From: Myxococcota bacterium
GTDB lineage: Bacteria; Myxococcota_A; UBA9042; PHBI01; JAWLBL01
DNA length: 64,000 bases
Assembly (NCBI GenBank): GCA_041687695.1
Contig: JAWLBL010000024.1
Span: forward strand, 13,047 to 77,046
Reading direction: 5' to 3'
The notes below the pieces were generated by a model. That model was not told the origin of the DNA. It worked only from the letters and a program-made list of their open reading frames with translations, and made no database searches. A program made the translations under genes and the position numbers. How positions within the stretch are numbered: the stretch's first letter is position 1; the number at the start of each line of letters is the position of its first letter. Of this stretch, positions 55,092 through 64,000 are shown piece after piece.

Positions 55092-56062
55092 CGGCGGCGC
55101 CGCAGACCGGACCGGAGCCTTTGGCGATGACCGTGCCCACCTCGACCACGAACGGCGAAGGGAGCGACGAAGGCGACCGGAAGGCGCAGCTGTCGCGCCT
55201 TCTGCGCCTGGTGACGACCGGGCTCGAGGCGGCGGCGCTCGAGGCGCTGCTGATGCGCCTGATGCGCGACGGGCGGTTGGCCACCGTGTCGCCGGCGGGC
55301 GACGCCCGGGTGGCGATGATCGCGGCGGCGGCGGCGCTCGCGCCCGGCGACCTGCTGCTGGGCACCGCGCGCGACCTGCCGGCGGCGCTGGCCCGCGGGC
55401 TGACCTTCGAGGCGGCGCTGCAGCAGGCCTTCGGCACGGCCGCCGACACCGCGCTGGGGCGGGGCCTGCCGGGCGCCATCCACGACGGCGTCCTGGGCGT
55501 CGGGCTGACCGACGGCAACATCGCCTCGCACCTGACCCACGCCGCCGGCTTCGGCCACGCCGCGCGCCTGCGGGGCGAGCCGCGGGTCGCCCTGGCCCTG
55601 TTCGGCGGCGCGGCCCAGGCCCACGGCGAGCTGCACGCCGCGCTGAACTTCGCGGCGCTGTACCGCGCGCAGGCCATCTTCGTCGCGCGCGGCCCGCTGG
55701 CCGGCGAGCTGCCGCTGACCGAGGCGGCGCCCGCCTGGGGCATCCGCGCGGTGCGCGTCCCCGGCGACGACGGCCTGGCCATCTGGGACGCGGTGGCCGA
55801 GGCCCGCGCCCGCGCCGTCGCCGGCGAGGGCCCCACCGTGGTCGACGCGCGCCTGGACGGCCCGCTCACCCCGCGCGACGCCCAGGCCCTGCAGGCGCTG
55901 AGCGGCTGGCCGCCCGAGCGGCAGCGCGAGACCCACGACCGCATCGACCGCGCGCTGGTCGCCGCCCGGCGCGCCGCCGAGGCCGCCCCGCCGCCGGCCC
56001 TCGAGACCTTGACCGAAGCGGTCTTCAGCGACCGCCCGTGGCACCTCCGGAGCCCCGAATGA
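55088..56062 (+). CDS. Degenerate 2-oxoacid dehydrogenase E1-alpha-like protein
   Basis: E1-alpha-like outline ([38 protein letters not shown]), but no GDG or NN ThDP motif. Start is GTG 55088 or ATG 55127. Confidence 0.8.
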   Translation: MTAAPQTGPEPLAMTVPTSTTNGEGSDEGDRKAQLSRLLRLVTTGLEAAALEALLMRLMRDGRLATVSPAGDARVAMIAAAAALAPGDLLLGTARDLPAALARGLTFEAALQQAFGTAADTALGRGLPGAIHDGVLGVGLTDGNIASHLTHAAGFGHAARLRGEPRVALALFGGAAQAHGELHAALNFAALYRAQAIFVARGPLAGELPLTEAAPAWGIRAVRVPGDDGLAIWDAVAEARARAVAGEGPTVVDARLDGPLTPRDAQALQALSGWPPERQRETHDRIDRALVAARRAAEAAPPPALETLTEAVFSDRPWHLRSPE

Positions 56063-57069
56063 CCGCGACCACGACGACCGCCGCCAAGGCCGGTCCGCGC
56101 ACGATGAACCTGGTCCAGGCGGTGGGCGACGCCCTGGCCGTCGCGATGGCCGCCGACGAGCGCGTCGTCCTGCTGGGCGAGGACATCGGCAAGTTCGGCG
56201 GCGTCTTCCGCGCGACCGCCGGCCTGCACGAGCGCTTCGGCGCCGACCGCGTCATCGACACGCCGCTCAACGAGGCCGGCATCATCGGCACGGCCGTCGG
56301 CATGGCCCTTTACGGCATGCGGCCGGTCCCCGAGATCCAGTTCTCGGACTTCATCTACCCGGGCTTCGACCACATCGTGAACGAGCTGGCCAAGTACCGA
56401 TACCGGTCGGGCGGCCAGTTCACCTGCCCGGTGACCATCCGCACGCCGGTGGGCGGCGGCATCCGCGGCGGCCACTACCACTCGCAGAGCCCCGAGGCCT
56501 ACTTCATCCACACGCCGGGCCTCAAGGTCGTCTGCCCGTCGACCCCGTACGACGCCAAGGGCCTGCTGCTGGCCAGCATCCGCTCGGACGACCCGGTGCT
56601 CTTCCTCGAGCCCAAGCCCATCTACCGCAAGGCCATCGGCGAGGTCCCCGCCGGCGACTACGAGGTCCCGCTGGGGCAGGCCCGGGTGGCGCGCGAGGGC
56701 GACGACTTGACGCTGGTCGCCTGGGGCGCCATGGTCCCCGTCTGCGAAGAGGCCGCGACGCGCCTGGCCGGCGAGGGCATCGAGTGCGCCGTCATCGACC
56801 CGCGCACCCTGTGGCCGCTGGATCTGGACGCCATCACCGCGCGGGTCGAGCGCTCGGGCCGCTGCGTCATCGTGCACGAGGCCCCGCGCACCTGCGGCTT
56901 CGGCGCCGAGATCGCCGCGCTCGTGCAGGAGCGCTGCTTCCTCCACCTCGAGGCGCCGGTGACGCGCGTGACCGGCTTCGACGTGCCGTTCCCGCACACC
57001 CTCGAGCACGCCTACCTGCCCTCGGTGGCCCGCGTCGTCGACGCCGTCGAGGCCTCCCTCCGCTACTGA
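56059..57069 (+). CDS. 2-oxoacid dehydrogenase E1 beta subunit
   Basis: GEDIGKFGGVFRAT, EIQFSDF, HSQSPE and DPVLFLEPK. Confidence 0.95.
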   Translation: MTATTTTAAKAGPRTMNLVQAVGDALAVAMAADERVVLLGEDIGKFGGVFRATAGLHERFGADRVIDTPLNEAGIIGTAVGMALYGMRPVPEIQFSDFIYPGFDHIVNELAKYRYRSGGQFTCPVTIRTPVGGGIRGGHYHSQSPEAYFIHTPGLKVVCPSTPYDAKGLLLASIRSDDPVLFLEPKPIYRKAIGEVPAGDYEVPLGQARVAREGDDLTLVAWGAMVPVCEEAATRLAGEGIECAVIDPRTLWPLDLDAITARVERSGRCVIVHEAPRTCGFGAEIAALVQERCFLHLEAPVTRVTGFDVPFPHTLEHAYLPSVARVVDAVEASLRY

Positions 57070-57104
57070 ACCTTCAGCCTCCGTCCCTCCTGGGAGCCCC
57101 TTTC

Positions 57105-58496
57105 ATGACGACGCGCTTCGAGTTCAAGCTGCCCGACCTCGCCGAAGGCATGGTCGAGGGCGAGATCGTGGCCTGGCTGGTCGCCCCGGGCGACGAGGTC
57201 AAGGACGAGCAGCCCATGGTCGAGGTGATGACCGACAAGGCGACGGTCACCATCTCGAGCCCGCGGCCCGGCAAGGTGCTGGAGCTGGGCTTCGAGGCCG
57301 GCGACATCGCGCCGGTCGGGGCGACGCTGTTCGTGCTCGCGGTGGCGGGCGAGGGCGCGGCCGAGGTCGCCCTGGCGGCGCAGCAGGCGCCGGCGGCTGC
57401 GCAGGACCTGCCGGCGGCGCGGCCCTCCACGCAGCCGGCCGAGCGCGAGCAGACCGAGGGCGTGCTGGCCGCCGCGGGCGGCGGCGGGGCGGTGGCGGCG
57501 CGGGCGGTCGAGCCGGTGCCGCGGGGCGGCGGGCGGGCGCTGGCGACCCCGGCGACCCGGCGGTTCGCGCGCGAGGTGGGCGTGGACATCGGCCAGGTGG
57601 CGGGCACGGGCCCGGCCGGCCGCGTCACGCGCGAGGACGTCGAGGCGTTCGCGAAGGGCGGCGCCAAGGCCCAGCCTGAGGCGCCGCGGGCCACGCCGGC
57701 CCCGCAGCTGGCGGCGGTCGCGCAGGCGCCGGCGTACTCACAGCCGCATTCGGCGCCGGCTTACTCGCCGCCGCGTTCGGCGACGGCCGAGGAGGTCGAG
57801 GAGCGCGTGAAGATCCGCGGCCTGCGCCGCGCGATCTACGAGACGATGTCGCGCTCGAAGGCGACGGCCTCTCACTTCACCTACGTCGAGGAGATCGACT
57901 GCACGAACCTGGTGGCCGCGCGCGAGCGGCTCAAGGCCGCGGCCGAGGCGCGCGGGCTGCGCCTGAACTACCTGCCGTTCATCGCCAAGGCGGTGCTGCT
58001 GGCGCTGCGCCAGTATCCGAAGATGAACGCGTCGGTCGACGACGCGGCCGGCGAGATGGTGATGAAGCGCTACTTCCACCTGGGCATCGCGGCGGCCACC
58101 GAGGCCGGCCTGACGGTCCCGGTGGTGCGCCACGCCGACCAGCTGACGCTCATCGAGCTGGGCCTCAAGGTGGGTGAGCTGGCCGACAAGGCCCGCGCCG
58201 GCAAGCTGTCGCCGCCCGAGTCCAAGGGCTCGACCTTCACCATCACCAGCCTGGGCAAGACGGGGGGCCTGTTCGCGACGCCCATCATCAACCACCCCGA
58301 GGTGGCCATCCTGGGCATCCACAAGATGGAGCCGCGGGCGGTGGTGCGCGGCGGGCAGATCGTCGCGCGGCAGATGATGAACATCAGCCTCAGCTTCGAC
58401 CACCGGGTCATCGACGGGCACGAGGGCGCCGACTTCACGCAGCGCATCAAGCACTACCTCGAGGACCCCGAGCTGATGCTGCTGGAGATGGTGTGA
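57105..58496 (+). CDS. 2-oxoacid dehydrogenase E2 acyltransferase
   Basis: Lipoyl motif EVMTDKA, E3-binding ATPATRRFARE and FDHRVIDG. Confidence 0.95.
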   Translation: MTTRFEFKLPDLAEGMVEGEIVAWLVAPGDEVKDEQPMVEVMTDKATVTISSPRPGKVLELGFEAGDIAPVGATLFVLAVAGEGAAEVALAAQQAPAAAQDLPAARPSTQPAEREQTEGVLAAAGGGGAVAARAVEPVPRGGGRALATPATRRFAREVGVDIGQVAGTGPAGRVTREDVEAFAKGGAKAQPEAPRATPAPQLAAVAQAPAYSQPHSAPAYSPPRSATAEEVEERVKIRGLRRAIYETMSRSKATASHFTYVEEIDCTNLVAARERLKAAAEARGLRLNYLPFIAKAVLLALRQYPKMNASVDDAAGEMVMKRYFHLGIAAATEAGLTVPVVRHADQLTLIELGLKVGELADKARAGKLSPPESKGSTFTITSLGKTGGLFATPIINHPEVAILGIHKMEPRAVVRGGQIVARQMMNISLSFDHRVIDGHEGADFTQRIKHYLEDPELMLLEMV

Positions 58497-59632
58497 TGAC
58501 GGCGGCGGTCGAGCAGCTCGAGGCGGCCGCGACGGCCGAGGCCGCGCCCCCTGAAGAGCGCGTGCTGCGGGTGCTGGGCGAGGACGGACGTCTGGTCGAG
58601 GGCGCGCCGCTGCCCGACGGGCTGGACGCGCCGGCCGTGCTGGCGCTGCACCGCCTGATGCTGCGGCAGCGGCTGCTCGACGACCTGATGCTGACCCTGC
58701 AGCGGCAGGGGCGCATCAGCTTCTACGGCGCCGCGACCGGGCAGGAGGCCGCCGTCTTCGGCAGCGGCTGGGCGCTCGAGCCGCGCGACTGGGTGCTGCC
58801 GGCCCTGCGCGAGGGCGGCCTCGCGCTGATGCGCGGCTACCCGCTCGAGCACTACCTGGCGCAGTGCTTCGGCAACGCCATGGACGTCACCCACGGCCGC
58901 CAGATGCCGTGCCACTACGGTGCCGCGGCCCAGAATCACGTCACGCTCAGCTCGCCCATCGCCACCCAGCTGCCCCACGCGGTGGGCGTCGCCTTCGGCA
59001 TGAAGATCCGCCGCGACGGCGCGGTCGCGGTCGGCTACATGGGCGACGGCGCGACCAGCGAGAACGACTTCCACTCGGCCCTCGACCTGGCGTCCCGACA
59101 GGTGCTGCCGGTCGTCTTCGTGTGCCAGAACAACCAGTGGGCCATCAGCGTGCCCTTTTCGGGCCAGACCGCCTCGACCTCGGTCGCCATCAAGGCCCGC
59201 GCCTACCGCATGCCCGGCGTGCGCGTCGACGGCAACGACGTCTTCGCGGTCTACCAGGCCATGCGCGGCGCGGTCGCCCGCGCCCGCTCCGGCGGCGGCC
59301 CGACCCTGCTCGAGGCCCTGACCTATCGCATGGGCGCCCACTCCACCTCGGACGACCCCTCGCGCTACCGCGACGAGGCCGTCACCGAGGCCTGGAGGGC
59401 CAAGGACCCCATCGCGCGCCTCGAGAAGTACGTCCTGGCCGAGGGGCTGGCCTCAGAGGACCAGCTGAAGACCCTGCGCGACCAGCTCTTCAAGGACATC
59501 CGCGAGACCCTGGCCCGCGTCGAGGCCGCCCCGGCCGCCCCGGCCCTCGAGACCCTCTTCACGGACGTCTTCGCCGAGCTGCCCGACTTCCTGAAGGCGC
59601 AGGCGGCCGAAGCGGCGCGGTTTCAGCGCTAG
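58496..59632 (+). CDS. 2-oxoacid dehydrogenase E1 alpha subunit (intact)
   Basis: GDGATSE...QNNQWAIS and YRMGAHSTSDDP. Confidence 0.95.
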   Translation: MTAAVEQLEAAATAEAAPPEERVLRVLGEDGRLVEGAPLPDGLDAPAVLALHRLMLRQRLLDDLMLTLQRQGRISFYGAATGQEAAVFGSGWALEPRDWVLPALREGGLALMRGYPLEHYLAQCFGNAMDVTHGRQMPCHYGAAAQNHVTLSSPIATQLPHAVGVAFGMKIRRDGAVAVGYMGDGATSENDFHSALDLASRQVLPVVFVCQNNQWAISVPFSGQTASTSVAIKARAYRMPGVRVDGNDVFAVYQAMRGAVARARSGGGPTLLEALTYRMGAHSTSDDPSRYRDEAVTEAWRAKDPIARLEKYVLAEGLASEDQLKTLRDQLFKDIRETLARVEAAPAAPALETLFTDVFAELPDFLKAQAAEAARFQR

Positions 59633-59768
59633 CCGCGCGGTCCCGTGAACCGGCTGGAGTGGTCGTTCTCGACGCCGCGGCGCCGCGAGCGGCGCGATCC
59701 AACGAGCCCGCGCGAGCGCGGGCACTCCAGGTGGATCCAACCGACGAGCGGGCGCCAGTGCCGCCCCG

Positions 59769-59856
59769 CCACGGCTGACGGCCACGGCCCCGGCTCCCGG
59801 CTCCCGGCCACGGCCACGGCCACGGCTCCACGGCCTTCGCTCACGGCCCCCACGCC
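59769..59856. repeat. Degenerate 6-7 bp tandem repeat (cacggc / ctcccgg)
   Basis: cggctcccggctcccggccacggccacggccacggctccacggcc, in the gap between E1-alpha and lpdA. Confidence 0.7.
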
Positions 59857-59918
59857 GGTCTTGCCTCGCGCCGCACCCTCTGCGAAGGTCCGGCGCACTC
59901 GAAGGCCAAGGAGCGAGC

Positions 59919-61334
<1,416 letters not shown>

Positions 61335-61982
61335 CGCGGCGGGGCCGCCGTCACGCGGCCCGCTGCTCGCGCGCCACTTGGGCGTCGTCGAGTACACCCA
61401 GGCGCTCGAGCTGCAGCGCCAGCTGGTCGCCCAGCGCAAGGCCGGCGACCTCGGCGACACCCTGCTGCTGCTCGAGCACCCGCCGGTCTTCACCCTCGGC
61501 CGCCGCCGCACGGCCGCCGACAACGTCCTGTTCCCCGGCGACACCCCGGTCGTGCAGGTCGAGCGCGGCGGCGACGTGACCTGGCACGGCCCGGGCCAGC
61601 TGGTCGGCTATCCCATCGTCCTGCTGCAGCCGGGCGAGCAGGACCTCCACCTGGTGCTGCGCCGGCTCGAGGACGCCCTCATCGCGCTGCTGGGCGAGCT
61701 GGACCTGCCCGACGCCGGCCGCAAGGAGGGCCACACGGGCGTGTGGTGCCGCGGCCGCAAGCTGGTCTCGCTGGGCGTCGCCGTGTCGGGCTGGGTGACC
61801 TTCCACGGCTTCGCCCTCAACGTCGACTGCGATCTCGGCTGGTTCCGTCGCATCAACCCTTGCGGCCTGGACAGCGACGTCATGGGCTCGGTCGCCTCGC
61901 TGGGCGGGCGCGTGCCCAGCCGCGACGAGCTGCTGCGCCTCGCCCACGTCCACGTCGCCCGCGCCTTCGAAAGGACCCCCGC

Positions 61983-62735
61983 ATGACCCCGCACACCGTC
62001 TTCGTCACCGGCGCCACCTCGGGCATCGGCGAGGCCGTCGCCCGCCGCTTCGTCGCCGAGGGCCACAAGGTCCTGCTGACCGGCCGCCGCGCCGACCGCC
62101 TGATGGCCCTGGCCGACGAGCTGGGCGAGCGCGCCCACGCGCGGCCGCTGGACGTGCGCTCGCGCCAGGATGTGTCGACTTTGGCCGACAATCTGCCCGA
62201 GGGATGGGCCGATGTGTCGATTCTAGTCAACAACGCCGGCCTGGCGCTGGGCCTCGGGCCCGCCCACGAGGCCAGCCTGGACGACTGGCAGGCGATGATC
62301 GACACCAACGTCACGGGGCTGGTCTCGGTCACGCGGGCGCTGTTGCCCGGCATGGTGGCGCGCGGGCGTGGGCACGTCGTCAACCTGGGCTCGGTCGCCG
62401 CCAGCTACCCGTACCCGGGCGGCAACGTCTACGCCGCGACCAAGGGGTTCGTGCGGCAGCTGTCGCTGGCGCTGCGCTCGGATCTGCTGGGCACGCCGGT
62501 GCGGGTGACCTGCGTCGAGCCGGGCGCGGTCGAGACCGAGTTCTCGGTCGTGCGCTTCGCCGGCGACACCGACCGGGCCTCGCAGGTCTACCAGGGTTAC
62601 CGGCCCCTGGGCGCCGAGGACGTGGCGGAGGCCGTATTCTGGTGCGCGACCCTGCCGGCGCACGTCAACGTGAACGTGCTCGAGCTGATGCCCACCGCGC
62701 AGGCCTTCGGCCCCTTCGCCTTCGCGCGGCAGTGA
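61983..62735 (+). CDS. SDR oxidoreductase, YdfG-like
   Basis: TGATSGIG, NNAGLALG, YAATK and LPAHVNVN. Confidence 0.93.
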   Translation: MTPHTVFVTGATSGIGEAVARRFVAEGHKVLLTGRRADRLMALADELGERAHARPLDVRSRQDVSTLADNLPEGWADVSILVNNAGLALGLGPAHEASLDDWQAMIDTNVTGLVSVTRALLPGMVARGRGHVVNLGSVAASYPYPGGNVYAATKGFVRQLSLALRSDLLGTPVRVTCVEPGAVETEFSVVRFAGDTDRASQVYQGYRPLGAEDVAEAVFWCATLPAHVNVNVLELMPTAQAFGPFAFARQ

Positions 62736-62827
62736 TCACGGGCGCTCCGCGCGGCGACCAAGACGCACGTGAATGCCGGCGAGGGGGCCGGCGTCGCTCG
62801 TGCCTCACGCCAACCTACGGAGTCATC

Positions 62828-63883
62828 ATGAAGCGCACCATCTCCTTGCTGCTGTCCTCGGGCCTGCTCCTCGGCGCCGGCTGCCCGCCGGCGGGCGAGG
62901 GCGACGACGCCAGCGAGTTCGAGCGGGCCCTGCCGACCGCCGCCCAGCTCGAGATCAAGGGGCCCACCGGGACCGTGGCGGGCGGTCTGGCCGACGGCAC
63001 GATGATGGGCGGCGCCCTGGGCGAGGTCAGCCAGTACTACCAGTTCACGGCCGGCACGACCCTCGCGGTGAACCTGGGCATCCTGCGTATCCTGGCGCCC
63101 ATCCGCTTGGTCATCGAGACCTTCCCGCCCAGCGTGGTCGAGGCCGACCGCGCGGTCTGGCAGGGCTCGGGCGCGCTCGATCCCCAGGACCACATGCTGG
63201 TCGTCGAGCGTCCCAGCGAGGGCCACTACGAGTTCATGGTCCTGTCCAGGCTCAAGAGCCCCGCCGACAGCCCCTGGCGCGTGGTCGTCGGCGGCGAGAC
63301 GACGCCCGGCGCCACCCCGGGCGAGGGACAGGGCAGCGTCTGGGTCGACCTGGACCAGGACCGCGACGACAAGACCACGGGCAAGGCCCTGGCGGTCTGG
63401 TCGCGCGCGGGCGGCGAGCGCGAGGTCAACACCTTCTTCTACGCGTGGTCCGACGACGTGGCCAAGCACCCCGCCCGCGACGCGACCTACTACTTCAAGC
63501 GCCAGCCCGAGGGCGGCGGCGTGTTCGTCTTCGGCGTGCCCGAGGTGAACATCCACCACGAGGCGAGCAAGAGCGCGATGGAGCGCGCCCTCATCGCCAG
63601 CCGCTGGCTGCCCACCGGGCAGGGCCGCTCGGACGTCTACGCCGACGGCGGCGACGTCGCGGCCGACGGCTACGACCAGGTGCACGTCACCCAGTGCTGG
63701 GCCGCCAACAGCTTCGAGACCACCTACGAGCAGATGATGGGCGACTCGACCAGCGGGCAGTCCGACGTGAAGTTCGAGGCGGGCGACCTGGGCTCGTGCG
63801 CCTTCCCGGCGCCGCAGGCGGCCGCGCTGCCCGAGACCCCGCCGGCCCCGGTGGCGGGCGCGCTGCCGCCCGAGGCGCAGTAG
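62828..63883 (+). CDS. Lipoprotein of unknown function
   Basis: GGAG RBS, signal peptide with lipobox GAGC, beta-rich body and a C-terminal Cys pair. Confidence 0.8.
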   Translation: MKRTISLLLSSGLLLGAGCPPAGEGDDASEFERALPTAAQLEIKGPTGTVAGGLADGTMMGGALGEVSQYYQFTAGTTLAVNLGILRILAPIRLVIETFPPSVVEADRAVWQGSGALDPQDHMLVVERPSEGHYEFMVLSRLKSPADSPWRVVVGGETTPGATPGEGQGSVWVDLDQDRDDKTTGKALAVWSRAGGEREVNTFFYAWSDDVAKHPARDATYYFKRQPEGGGVFVFGVPEVNIHHEASKSAMERALIASRWLPTGQGRSDVYADGGDVAADGYDQVHVTQCWAANSFETTYEQMMGDSTSGQSDVKFEAGDLGSCAFPAPQAAALPETPPAPVAGALPPEAQ

Positions 63884-63959
63884 CGACGCGCGGCGGGGCG
63901 GCCGGCGTGGCGCCGCCCCGGTCCGCCCCGGCCTGCCCGCAGCGTCGGGCCGGCTGGAA

Positions 63960-64000
63960 GAGCGTGTCGTATGGATGCCGGCGACGGCGGCCTTGGAGTG
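63960..64000. mobile_element. Left end of a second copy of MITE-like element 1, cut by the window edge
   Basis: cgggccggctggaa|gagcgtgtcgtatggatgccggcg...tggagtg aligns with 22526-22579. Confidence 0.7.

Overview
High-GC bacterial DNA. The gene content (Ser/Thr kinase with PEGA domain, FHA-GAF adenylate cyclase, sigma54 two-component system, Cys-lipoproteins) suggests a myxobacterium-like organism; this is an inference. Bases 1 to ~15.9 kb are an accessory region ending at a tRNA-Asn(GTT) gene. It holds (i) an unusual biosynthetic cluster: methyltransferase, asparagine-synthetase-like enzyme, nucleotidyltransferase, a small protein with repeated SASP(I/T)P motifs, and a cytosylglucuronate-synthase-like glycosyltransferase; (ii) a decaying sulfur-trafficking operon; and (iii) four recombination-like junctions sharing a GGCTC core, around a 3.7 kb element with only an AbiE toxin-antitoxin pair and a large serine recombinase. 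From 16 kb on the genes are mostly housekeeping (rnj, engB, rimI, thiE, prmC, tdk, leuS, aroC, hom, guaAB, rarA, lipA/lipB, a 2-oxoacid dehydrogenase operon with a second, degenerate E1-alpha), plus a CzcCBA-type efflux operon coupled to HTTM-family genes. Four different 171-180 bp MITE-like elements with target-site duplications sit at gene ends. One rewrote the leuS C-terminus and one is inserted in frame in a gene. No CRISPR array or rRNA was seen. All family assignments come from motif recognition by eye, not from database searches.
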